DNA of 64,000 nt from Amphiscolops sp. MND2022. Lineage: Eukaryota. This document shows, piece by piece, positions 40,301 through 51,446 of the stretch. Position numbers and translations under genes: made by a program. How positions within the stretch are numbered: position 1 is the first letter of the stretch; each line of letters starts with the position of its first letter. Below the pieces are notes generated by a model. It saw only the letters and a list, made by a program, of their open reading frames with translations. It was not told the origin of the DNA and did no database searches. The stretch lies in contig OZ076409.1 in NCBI GenBank assembly GCA_964187785.1, positions 6,698,001 through 6,762,000 of the forward strand. The letters run 5' to 3'.

Positions 40301-43300
40301 TCGATTTGACTATTTCTCCAGTAGTGCTTTCTTCAAATGCACGAAAAACTGACAATTCTCATTCATCAAACGTCGCCAGGCTGTAGTAAACCAATGGTTC
40401 AAATCAGGAAACGTAATTAACGGCATGTGCCGTCGTGCCGTGAAATGCCGTTTCAGCCAATCTCGTGCCGTTTTCACTAGTTTAATATTTCTGAGAAATG
40501 TGTCAATATCATACACGTAAAATTTAACGCCCTCTATCGTGACGTTTTGGAACTATCTTTCTGAGAAATGTGTCTATCATACACGTAAAATCGCTGTATG
40601 TTGTGTCTTTTACTACATCTTTTACTATCGTACTGACTGGTTGTCAATTATTTATTTACTTCAGACATTATGCGGGCGGCTATTCACAAGTCCGAAAATA
40701 AATTTGGGTTGCAAAAGTCCGAAAATAAATTTGGGTTGCACAAGTCCGAAAATGAATTTGGGTTGCACAAGTCCGAAAAACTTTCTTGCGGATTTTTTTT
40801 CAAAAAGTTAGCATGAAAATATTAAATTAATATTAATTAATAAACAAATGAGTTAATAACACAAATGAGCAATTGTTTCCGATATGCTTCTAGATCCATT
40901 CCGAGGGCCAAAGAAGTTTTTAGTTCCTGAATTTGTTCATTTCGAACACGGTATTTTCTTTTTTGAATCGGAGGAGATCGGCGTTTTTCAGTGCGTTTTC
41001 GGTAATTTTCTGTTGCTGCTTCAGAAATTTTTTTGCCAGCCATAAATTAGGAGATGATCTGTTAGTGCGCCTATTACCGGTCAGGAATGTTCAAAAACTT
41101 CTCGAAAAATTGCGAAAAAATTTCGAAAAATTTTAAAGAATTATTCAAAACTTTTTTCTGAACATCCCTGTTCCAAGTACTATTCCAGGCTTCACAGCCA
41201 TTTGTCCTCAAAATGGGCTCTCTGTCCAGCACATTCCACATTGATATTTCAAAAGTTGAAATCAAAGTTCGGTGGAAATATTTTAGAAAATCGGCAATTT
41301 TCGGAAATTGTTGCACCAGAAAAACTGTTTGTTGGTCCGAAAGTAATTTCATAATGCATGGCAGGACTTCATTTTCAGGTACAAAAGCCAAAGCCATGAA
41401 TTTGCGGAAAAAAGACTTCACCATTGAATTTTTTCGGTACTCTTTAACCTTAACGAGCTGTTGAACTTTTCGATGAATACTTTTCGTGAAATGAAAGTAG
41501 CAACCATTGTGTGTCGATTCTGGAAAATCCGTTTCAATGGCGCTGATGATTGCCCGTTCGAAATCTGTAACAATTAGTTTTTTTCCATTTGGATGCCGAG
41601 AGTTTCCATTTTTTTTCGAATAATTTCAAACATTTTCCGATAAATGAACGTTGTTTTTGAGCTCAGAAGTGCAAAAACGAGAAGGTGTTTCTGGCTTTGT
41701 AAATATTGGCCAAACAGTACATATAACTGCTCACAAGGGGGAGGGCAACACTTGAAAGTTCCATCACTCAACATGATTGGACTTTTTGCAAGAATTTTCA
41801 AACTTTTTTCAGTTGCGAAAATTACTATACCATTTTTTCTGTCGTTTTTGATGAGGAAAGGCTTGCCCTCGAAAGTTTTGGCCCATTTGCCTTTAATATT
41901 TGTACAAAATGTCAAAGGACACGCGGGTAATTTTTTTGCTCGATGTCGTTGCATTGTCGATTTTACAGATTTGTAAACTGGTACCGAGCTTCTTTCGTTT
42001 CGGGTTTTGGTCAAGACCTTATCGTAAACATTTTTCAAAACTTGGGTTGGATCTTTGTCTATTTTCTTCTTCAATTTTTGTCGAAATTCTATTTCGCTTT
42101 GTTTTCTTCATTTCCGTAATGATTGTGAGAACCGGGATGTTTAAGAACATTTTTCAAATGGGGATCAATTGTCATTGTGACCCCACCTTTAGCGGAACAT
42201 CGTAAATAAATTGTTGTCGGAGTTTTTCTATTGATTTGATAACAATATTGATTGAATACGATAATTTTATCGCGCCCTGTTTCGAAAATAATAATTTTAT
42301 TTTGATTATTCATTATTGGAAAGGTAATTTGATTCGTTTTCCGTATTGAAATGAGTGCGAATAGCAGCCGTTAATGTAATTATATAATACGTGTGGTAAA
42401 ATTTGAACAAAATTGAGATTTTACTAGGGAAACTGAAGAAACTATTTCATCTTTGAACGGACTTCGTTCCGGTCCACCCCGGTCCGTCGGCCAATCAAAT
42501 TGCAGAGCGTCATACAGTGCTAAGTAAGTCTTATTGGACCAGAAAATTTAATTTTATTCTTTCGGACCTGTGACCCGACACCATTATGCGTCCTGTACCA
42601 TTGACATCACTCAAAATCGCAGTGAAAGAGCACCAATGTTTCCAAGTTTTGAAAGCTCACATTGACAAATTAGAAGTTTTTTGCAATGTTTGTTCCCGTT
42701 CAATTAACATGTCAAAATCCAACCATGTCCCCAACCATCTTGAGAGCAGTTTGCATCAGAAAAACGTCGGAAAAAGAAGCAAGCCATACTGGTTCCAGTA
42801 CTGAACAGAACTGAAGACAGTTTTTTGCTCGACTTTACACAACAATGGAACATTTGAGTTTTTTGATAACTTATATAAAGAATAGCCAATCCCAGAACTA
42901 TTGTGCTCCGAATGCGTCAAACGATATTCAGGAAATTGAAGAGAAATTAATTGATTTGAAGGAAACCCAAAATACGTTTGGCGCAATTTCTCTGCAGAAA
43001 TTTCAAACGGTTCTTCAAAAAACAAAGGCTTATTGAAAGTGATAAAAATTACAAAAGGCCAAGAAATCACAGCCTTCTGAAATTGACATTTTCACTTTTG
43101 CACCTGTAACTTCTGTTGAATTGGAAAGATTTTTCTCGGGGTTGAAATCTTTCATCGAAGACCGGCCAAATATGCTGGAAGAAACTGCAAAAAAAATGAT
43201 GTTTATCAAGTTTAATGCTGTTTTGTAAACGATCTAATTGAAATTTCAGTCGATAATCTTGATTTTTTTTCGTGCCGTTTTTGGCTGTTACGTGCCGTAA

Positions 43301-45795
43301 ACGGCGCCGTTTCGGCAAGTTTGGTGCCGAAAATCACGTTTCCTGGTTCAAACATTCAAAAAATGATTCAAGTAGCTTGAAAATCCGTTTTGAACAATGT
43401 ATTGACCCCTTAAAGCGCGAGCGCTTATTTGAGCCCAGCGACGGGGTTTCCCAGAAATAAGCGGCATTAGCGAAAAGCGAAATAAGCGCAAGTAAGTTTC
43501 GTAAGCGATCAATACACTGATTTTGAAGAGAAACTGCTGTTATAGCTTTATTTCATTTTAAATCTGGAAGTTGCTGTTGCGTCCTTTTCTTAGCCCAACT
43601 GTTTTCGAATACTTTTTAACCCAATGTCAACGTGATTCTATTTTCTAGGTTTAATATTCGAGCGAGAAGAAGAAATGAAGCAGGAATTGCATATTCTTCC
43701 TTCCGAGGAGAATTTGGCTGCTGGCGAAGACGAAGAAGGAGTAGCGAAAAGAAACAAAGTATCTAACGTAGGTGGCGAGCGGCGTTTAGGTGCTAACTTA
43801 GCAGGTAAGATAACTAACGGCGGTGGGCTAGAGGCCAAATCAGCTGCCTCTAGCCTTGGGAAGCCTGAGAAAGGTGGTGTTGTTTCCAGTGAGAAACATG
43901 CACTCGTTTCTGGCGGAAACATTTGCAACGGAGGAGACCCCAATGAAGCCCCAAAGTCATTGGCGGAAGAACTCGGAGCACCGAGTGAGGACATTGAGAA
44001 TTTGTTGGTAGAGCAGCCGTCCACTGAACTGCCCAAAAAGGAATCGGTTACTACCAGTGTGGCTTCTGCCATTATCATCCACACTGATAGCTCCTGTAAG
44101 AACCAGGCAGAAGCCGAGAACCTCAAAGAATCGCCTTCAGGGTCCAAAAGCGACAAGTATTCCCCCAGCAAGAAGCAAAGAAACTACAGACAGAGAAGCA
44201 AATCTACCTCTGAAAGCAGAAGAAAGCGCAAAGAGGCGAGTCCTGTCAGAAAAACGAGCAAACCTGATTCTAAAAAGAGTACAGCCGATAAGAAAGAGAG
44301 TCATCGTCGAAGGTCTGAAAGAAGCTCCTCGAGAAACAAGGCCGTCAAAACTTCTGATGCTTCTGAAAACTCAAAAAGAAAAACAGATAACGCAAAGGAG
44401 AAAGACAAGGTTGTGAAGCGAAATAGGTCTGTTGAAAGAGGACAAACTGAAAAAACAGACCGATCGAAAGAGAGAAAACAGAAGACTACTGTGGCTGCGA
44501 GAAAACAACGCAGCAAATATTCCAGTTCCGGAAGCAGTAGTTCTGGGTCAAGTCCTGACGAGCCACGGAAAAAAGCATCTCGTCCAGTCAATCAAAAGCA
44601 GGACAAGCTTCCAACCAGTGGTGACACCAAAGGTACTGTCGCGCCAAGAGACAGCACTGAGTCGAAGAAAGATGGAAAAGACGCTGATTCATTGAAACTG
44701 AAAAACTATAACACTACTTTTGCATCCGAGTTGAAGAAAATGAAACAGCTAACGGAGAAAGACCCGGCAGCTGTTTCTGAGACTAGTAGAACTGATGCTT
44801 CTGAAACTATTCCAAAATTGGACAAGACAGTTATCTCCAATGAAGCTGCGAAAGAAATTCCGCTCCCGGAATCTGAGAGACCTGAAAATAGCCAAGATTT
44901 GGAATCCAAACCAAATACAACTCCGAAACCTCAAACCCCTCAATCTGAAACGGTGAAGCCCAAAATAGACACTGCTCCTGTTCCTGAGTATCCGACCCAT
45001 TCTCCTCTGAAAACTCCAGCCTTGTATAAAAATGTCAACCCGTCATTGCTGCCTGTTGATCATGAAAACTTGACCTTCAAGATAACCTCAGCATTCCAAG
45101 CAGCCCCAACACCTCCAAACTTGCCCCCTGTCTATAACACCCTCAACAATGTCGCTCCAGTGTCTGTGACAGAAAACACTGACAAATCAGCCCATGGTAC
45201 CACGAAAAGCGCCACTGAAACTGCTCCTAAACCGGCGGAAACTATTATTGATTTGACTACCGATGCAAATACTCTTAACTCCTCAAGCACGTCCGAGAAA
45301 AAACCAAGCGCACCTTCACATCCTGTAAGTACTAGCGCTGCCAAAGACCAACAACTTTCTGCCGCAGTTGCCGCGGCGAACAATTCTGGAGCCGTAGCGG
45401 TGAAAAAACGAAGATCGGTAAGTAGTTCTTCGAGTTCAAGCAGCGACAGTGACAAAAGTTCGCCGGGCCGACATAGCCGAGGAGACAAGCGCAAACGTCG
45501 GTCTTCTCCGACCCAGAGGCGTCATGCCAGAAGGGCTTCCAGTCGGAAACGAAGGCGGAGTCACAGCAGACGAAGACGCCGTGGTGGATCCTCGCCCAGA
45601 AAAGGTGCATCTACTTCCCGGCACCATAGACGAAGACCCAGTAGGGAACGGAGACGAAAAGGTGGAAGTCGCAAAAGAAGGAGAAGTCCTTCCGCAGACA
45701 GAGAAAGGAGACGCCGAAAATCCCCCTCTTCATCTAGTTCCGAGTCTTCTTCGAGCGGGGCTAGTGGGAACTCAAGCGATGAGTCATCCAAGTAG
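25319..45795 (+). CDS. PNN: Pinin (SDK/memA domain, RS-rich C-terminus), ~970 aa, 9 coding exons
   Basis: Exons 25319-25425, 27080-27145, 29196-29246, 36063-36156, 36845-36921, 38699-38768, 39235-39396, 40153-40291 and 43649-45795 are all GT-AG and phase-consistent (2913 nt). Motifs: RLQNARDNLDVLDKNLKRISG; KQRGRRFFGMLTQTLHSF; KRLEVEKKVE..ERRELFKER; ILTNSRPPIFYRP. The small exons 2-4 are less certain. Confidence 0.88.
27235..27764. mobile_element. piggyBac-type MITE
   Basis: TTAA|CCCTAATCAACCCAGCGG ... CGCCGGGGTCAATTAGGG|TTAA. Confidence 0.8.
27843..27917. repeat. 75-nt near-perfect inverted repeat (32-bp arms)
   Basis: ctgttagagttgctcgcatgtaaatatcagta ... tactgatatttacatgctagcaactctaacag, with one mismatch. 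Confidence 0.85.
28896..29079. mobile_element. pogo/Tigger-type MITE
   Basis: TA|CAGTCAAACTCGGATAAAAGAAAC ... GTTTCTTTTATCCGAGTTCGACTG|TA. Confidence 0.85.
30214..30987 (-). mobile_element. HINE-like repeat, family A
   Basis: Begins AACAAGCCGGGAACGGCCCAAGTCAGCACC and ends AAAGTGCCGACTAAA. Confidence 0.6.
31949..32570. mobile_element. MULE/foldback-type MITE
   Basis: Inverted arrays of CAGATTTCGTCCCA / TGGGACGAAATCTG; 9-bp TSD atagaaatt. Confidence 0.85.
33532..34448 (-). mobile_element. Two head-to-tail HINE-like family A copies
   Basis: AACAAGACGGGAACGTCT(A/C)AAGTCGGCG occurs at 33532 and 33963, with a single AAAGCGCCGACTAAAAA end at 34448. Confidence 0.7.
35321..36016 (+). mobile_element. 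HINE-like repeat, family A (full-length example)
   Basis: TTTTTTAGTCGGCGCT ... GGCGCCGACTTGGGCCGGTCCCGGCTTGTT. Confidence 0.7.
36201..36797. mobile_element. MULE-like MITE with a pogo-type MITE (36206-36379) inserted in its TIR
   Basis: 9-bp TSD atccaatct; same family as 19629-20065. The nested element reads TA|CACTCAACTCCG...CGGAGTTGAGTG|TA. Confidence 0.8.
37686..38181. mobile_element. pogo/Tc1-type MITE
   Basis: TA|CAGTAGAAGCG ... CGCATTCTTCTG|TA with repeated CCGTTATA motifs. Confidence 0.65.
40405..43345 (+). mobile_element. Internally deleted hAT (CGGBP-like) transposon in Pinin intron 8
   Basis: TIR CAGGAAACGT/ACGTTTCCTG with TSD gttcaaat/gttcaaac. N-terminal zinc finger CNVC...H.ES..H (42586-42804) and C-terminal FAPVTSVELERFFS (~43082-43228). 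Confidence 0.8.
40675..42581 (-). mobile_element. MULE (Mutator-like) transposon with decayed FLYWCH plus MULE transposase
   Basis: 9-bp TSD cattatgcg; termini CACAAGTCCGAAA / TTTCGGACCTGTG. ORFs carry IYLRC..HNH, SDGTFKCCP..QLY, FALLSSKT..Y and RTNGCEAWN. Confidence 0.88.
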
Positions 45796-46780
45796 GGGTG
45801 ATCTGTTTCGCTGCCGAGACCGCCTCTCGGAGACGCTGAGATAGCCTTTTTGCGTTTCACTACTATCCTTAGAATACATCAAATATGAAGAATGTCGCAG
45901 TACCCAGCCCCGAAACGTATAGGCTAGAATAAGTAACCTAAGTTCATGGATGAAAAGCAGAATAGAAAAATGTTTATATTATAAGTTACCATCGAAGTGA
46001 TTGTAGGTTTTTGCAGGTTTGCAGAAGAATTGAAGAAGCGACTGCTGAAGTTTTGTTGATATTTTGCACAAACTCAAGACACTTGAATTTTTCTCCAATC
46101 CTGATATTTTTGTTTATAATATACTTGTATCCGAGCTGTGATGTGATCACTTTGACAAATTCTTTCGTTTTCCGCTAAACTAGATCTTTCAGTTTCAATT
46201 TTCCTAAAATCTCACTTCACCATCTGAAAAAGTTGCTCCAATACAAATCAAATCCGAGAAAAATGTCGAAAGCAAGATAGATTTTCTACTCCAGATGAAA
46301 GATATGCTTTTACAGCCGAATCAAAATTAGGATCAAAGCAACTTATGGGGCTCGAGAATTTCTTCACTGGGATTTGTATTGAAATTTTTCAGATTTTTTC
46401 CTTCATTCTTGAATGATGTTAGAAACTGTTTTATTGCTTATTTGTCATTTTCCAATTTACTTTTCACTCGATTCCTGTTTTCTAAAATTTCTAACATCTC
46501 CACAATTTGCAAGTCACTAGATTTGGATAGTACACATGGTTATTGCGCATACTAATCTTTCAAAGACCAGTTTTTTCTGCCAATCGGTTGCTACTGTTGA
46601 ATTTTTCTTTGTAAGCTGGAACATGAATAATTCGCTAAACGGTACTTTTTTGTTCAGCTTGAGTTGAGAAAAACTTGTCGAATATTCAATCATACTCAAA
46701 AATAGCGGGCGGGCCTCGTTTTTTTTGGGGAACTTTATAGCACCTTCGCATAATTTTCTGAAGTTGATTTTTTAATATAC

Positions 46781-47219
46781 TTTTAGCAGGCGCTTCACAA
46801 ATTGAAACGCGACTATAATAGTGACTTTTTTCAATCCACGCGAACTGACCAAAGTTCTACAAAATTTTAAGGGGCCAAATTGTACCATTTGGCCCAGGGA
46901 ACTGAACTATAAAAGTTGTCGCTTTTTTCAGCGTAACATACAATACCCGGCGAGACTAAAGGCCCCCTTTCGATTTTTTTTGGCACTGTGACTTTTTTTT
47001 GAAAATTTTTAAATTTTTCCAAAGGGCCCCCTTATTTTTGATGTTTTGCCAACAGAATGGATGTTGAAAATAGCCAAGACGTCTCCCCTTTTAGCGCGCC
47101 AGTTCGGTCGCTCTTTGGGTTTTTCGGGTACTATGGAAAAGAATACTTAACGCTTTGAAGTCCTTTTGCTATCTTTGAACCTTAGATATGGCGCCGATTT
47201 ATGCCGTTCCCGGCTTGTT
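46781..47219 (+). mobile_element. HINE-like repeat, family A
   Basis: TTTTAGCAGGCGCT ... GGCGCCGATTTATGCCGTTCCCGGCTTGTT. Confidence 0.65.
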
Positions 47220-47619
47220 TCTATTGTATATCAGTAGTGCGGTGTTAAAACTCATTGTCAAAACTATTGACGTATAAAAAGATATTGCTAGTGGGCGAGG
47301 TATATAGAGAACCTGTTTCTACTGACTGACAAGGCATCGTGGCAGAGTGGTTAGGTGGCTCGATTTCCATTCCTGAGTTTGAATCCGGGACTTCGCAATT
47401 ATTTTTGTAAGGTTATTATACCCCCATACTTCTGATAGTATAACACTGCACTAATTATATCGCATTCAATGCCCTGATTCATTTACCAATCGAACTTGCT
47501 CGAAAACGTGCGTGTATTTCCTTGAATTCTAGTATTCCCCGGAAATGTTACTCTTATCTTTCGTGCTCATGTTAGTTCATTTCATCATTTTTTGCCTGGT
47601 TTTTCAGATAATTTTTGCT

Positions 47620-49281
47620 ATGCCTTCCTTCGATCCTCTGGGGTTAGCCTATGGGCTTTTAGTCAGTGGGGGCGGCATATACGGGTATGCTAGAAGCGGC
47701 AGTGTGCCCTCTATAGTAGCTGGCGTTAGCTTCGGACTACTGGCAATCGCTGGATCAATGCAATTAGCCCATGACCCCAAAAATATCTGGATCCTCTTAG
47801 CTTCCAGGGATGAGTCTTCCAAATCATTTTTGAGAAATTGAAAAAATGTATATAGAATAACGTTTTTTATTAGTTCAATCGTGACTTTTTTTTGTGTTTT
47901 TGATATTTCTGCCTTAGCAGTTAATAGTTTTTCAGGACCTTTTTATCGACCCACTTTGTTAGCCAATTTTGATTGGCTACTCCAAGTCTTGAGCTAGTTT
48001 ATTTTATTCTCGTAGCTGCGAGGTAACGTTTTATTGACATGAGAAGCGAACGAGTGTTAATTATTCGTACGCCAACTGCTTCGCCTGCATTCAAATACGG
48101 ATGCGAAACATCTTACGAATGCGAACTTAGCAGTTGTATTTTCTTTAATCCGAGAAAAATTAAAGGCGTTGTAAACTGTTCCAATGATTAATTGTGCGCC
48201 ATCTGATGAATTAACTTACAGTTGAATCCGCCTAATTTGTATCGCTAAAGACCGAAAATAGTACGGACAATGAGAAATAGAATTCACCGGATGATATTAC
48301 TTTGGCCGTCCCGAAATGGGGTTCTCAGATGCATACGAATTAAACGAAAATATGAATTATCCGAATACGAAGTTGACTGTATCAATAATTATCATGATTA
48401 GGGGAGTGTATAGTTACTTGAAACATTGTATGATTTTGATACTGAACTTCGAAGGTTATCGAATCATCTGGGCGTATTCCAATTACCGAACATTGGCAAA
48501 CCTTGCTACAGGGTCCATGAAACACTGGGTTCCTGAACGCCTCAACCAGCGTTTGGAGTGGACAATCCTATCTGTTACATTATTTAACAGTTCAAAGTTG
48601 CTCATTTAATCTTATGGCGGAGAAAAATTGGGTTGAAATATGGGCGTTTCTATAATTTTAACTTGTTCCAGGCGTGAATTTTTGCTATTTTGGACAATAT
48701 CAAAAAATTAGGATCGTTTTTGCTGAAAGTGTCAAATCAGATTTCACAATCCTCTAAGTATTCATAACCATTTTTAGTCGGCGCTTTCATAAGATAAAAG
48801 AGCCCGACTATTACAGTCACTCGTTTTTTCTTTTTTTAAAGACAGACTCGAAGCGACGAACGTTAACGTTTTGTCAGTTTGTTCAACTAAAGGAAACTAA
48901 ACGAATACCCGGGAAACGCATCTAAGTTATTCCAAAGGGTCCACCTTTCGATTTTTTACGGCACTGTGCGACTTTTTCTCGAATTTTTTTGTCTCCAAAG
49001 GGTCCCATTCGATTTTATTTGAGCCTTAGATATAGCGCTGACTTGGCTTGAGACGTTCCCGTCTTGTTAGTTCTCTCATTAGTGGAATGTTTTTGTCGTG
49101 GATTGCTGTATATGGTGGATAGACTGACTCATCCCTGTATTAATTTTGTTGCAGTGGAACTCTGTCGGTGCTGATGGGTGCCAGATACTACCACACTGGC
49201 AAGTTCATGCCAGCCGGAGTGGTGGCCACAGCCAGCATCGCCATGTCTCTCAAACTGCTCGCCTCCTATTACCTGAGATAG
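47620..49281 (+). CDS. TMEM14: Transmembrane protein 14 (TMEM14C-like), ~104 aa, 2 coding exons
   Basis: Exon 1 (47620-47807) reads DPLGLAYGLLVSGGGIYGYARSGSVPSIVAG...DPKNIWILLAS. Exon 2 (49155-49281) reads GTLSVLMGARYYHTGKFMPAGVV. The donor position is inferred from homology and is non-canonical. Confidence 0.88.
48219..48379. mobile_element. pogo-type MITE in the TMEM14 intron
   Basis: TA|CAGTTGAATCCG ... CGAAGTTGACTG|TA, with degenerate TIRs. Confidence 0.6.
48771..49068 (+). mobile_element. HINE-like repeat, family A (short copy) in the TMEM14 intron
   Basis: TTTTTAGTCGGCGCT ... AGCGCTGACTTGG..GAGACGTTCCCGTCTTGTT. Confidence 0.65.
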
Positions 49282-51446
49282 CACGTGATATACTTTTGCT
49301 CCTAATTTTCACAGATTTCTGGAACTTTTCCGTTAATTCCCCCCACAGGAAGTGCGGAAATTTTAAACCAGTAACCCCCCCCCCCAGGATCATCGGTAAG
49401 TTTCAGTTGCAGTTAGAGTTATAAAGTACTGCAATTTGATTGGTTGTTACTATTAATTCAATGATAACTTCCTTTGCCCGCCTAACTTGGGGGATTAAAT
49501 CGGTAGGAGGAATTAACAGAAAAGATCATATTTCTTGCGACTTTGTGATTATCAGTTGTTATGGATTGCGTTTTCTCTATTTTTCACTTCATACTGCAAA
49601 ATTCATATTCTAATTTATGATTCGAGATTTCGCATCGCACATTACAGGAAATTCGAATTCATGGAATGTTGACGCTTATTATGGGGAAGATTTTCGGCAC
49701 AGTCGGAATGAAACTAATTGAGATACAAGAAAAGAGACAAAAGTAGCTTTTGATGCTTTCAAAGACTAATTGTGCTACTTTTACGAATTTTTTCGTTTGA
49801 TTTTGAAAAGTGATTTTCTTTTGATTTTCTTTAATATTTCCAGACCTTTTGTGTGTCTAAAGGGTCCCCTCGTTAAATAATTTTTGGCAATGTGAGATGT
49901 TCAAACTTTTGATTAAAACAGTTATATTTAAGGCTATGCGCTCTAAGCCTTATGTGGGGTGCCGTTTATAAGCTACCATACTGTTATAAATTTGGGCCCC
50001 TGGTTGTAAAAAATTACTTGGTCTGAATACGAACTAGCTCGAAACCAAAGTTATTTTAGAGAGAAGTAAAAATGTTGCAATGGACTTTACTCGGTTTGTC
50101 ACAGCCATTGTTGGTTTGTAATGTTGAACTATCGATAAGGAAATCGCCTTCTGACATTCCAAATCGGACTTGAGTCAACTATATCTTGGTCCAGTCGCCG
50201 GAAAACCGCTTTCAATTCAACTATTGCAAGAACATACTCATGTTTGATTGATTAACTGACTCACAACCCCTCTTTTTTGGCCGGATTTTTTTCCGTTTAG
50301 TGGGAGCAAAATTTTCCAAGTTTACGAACTTTTTCTAATGATACCCAATCATTTTAGCATTACCTTCCTCCCAGTGATGTTAGTAGTAAAGGAAGGGGGG
50401 GGTTATGAACGTTTTTGGCTCCCAACCGAAAATTTCTAAGATAGAATTCTTATGCACGTTTTGGGCTCCCAACCGAAAATTTTCTAAGATAGATTTCTTA
50501 TGCACGTTTTGGGCTCCCAAGTCGAAAACTTTCAAAGTCTTAAAGCTCAAAGGTCAAACTGACTCTTTAATCAAAATGTGTGCCATATGTCAAGTTTTGT
50601 TTACATTTCCTTTTCTGACTTAGAATAATCTCGACTTAGGAGCCATAAAAATGCAATAAGAATTTGAGAATCTTGAATATTTTCCTCTGTGAGCAATGCC
50701 ATCAGAATATATGACTGAATCTGAGAAACATAGTCAAAATCAGCCCAAGAATGTCCAAAAACTGTTTTTTGACGTTCTCAAAAACTGTCCGTATGATTCA
50801 AACGAATTTTCTATAGTCGTTCTACACTATATTAGAGTCCTATATGTACAAAGGCATCAAAATCGTATGGCCGGGATTTGAGAAACAGCCAAAATTGGAC
50901 CAAAAAGTGACCAAAATCGGCCATTTTTTGACTTTTTTCGATTTTTTCAAAACTGCATGCGATTAGAGTTCGAACGATTTTTAGTCGGCGCTTTTTAGAA
51001 GAAAATTAGCCCAACTATTACAGGGACTAGTTTTTTTTCGTCAGATAACAGAATGTATGCGTAGTGGACACTTTTTCTACAGAACTATTAAACTACTGGA
51101 CCGGCAAGCGGGAACGCATCTAAGTTAGTGCAAACGGTCCCCCCTTTCGTGTACTCAATTTTTAACGAAAGATACAAAATCGGACGGGACTACAGGGTCC
51201 CCCCTTTTCGGCACTGTGCGACTTTTTTTGAATTATTTCTTGTCGCCAAAGGGACCCCCTTCATGTTTTTTGATATTTTGCAGCAAACTGAAGTTTCAAA
51301 AAGCCCAATGGGTCTCTTTTTTAGTTTTTCGGCACTATGAGACTGTTTCAAAATTCTCATTTTTCGGTCCTATGTGTGCAGTTAGATCAAAATACTATGT
51401 GAAGCTGAGCAACATAGGCAAAATTACTTGAACACTGACCAAAAAT

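Noticed and set aside
43675..45795. 706-aa ORF as a stand-alone SR-rich gene
   Set aside because: It is in frame with the acceptor ending at 43648 and phase-matched to Pinin exon 8, so it is Pinin's last exon.
47333..47397. tRNA-like sequence (A box TGGCAGAGTGG, B-box-like GTTTGAATCC); similar fragments at ~17250-17295, ~29920-29985 and ~30835-30870
   Set aside because: No complete cloverleaf or intact anticodon/T arms; more likely decayed tRNA-derived SINE heads than tRNA genes.
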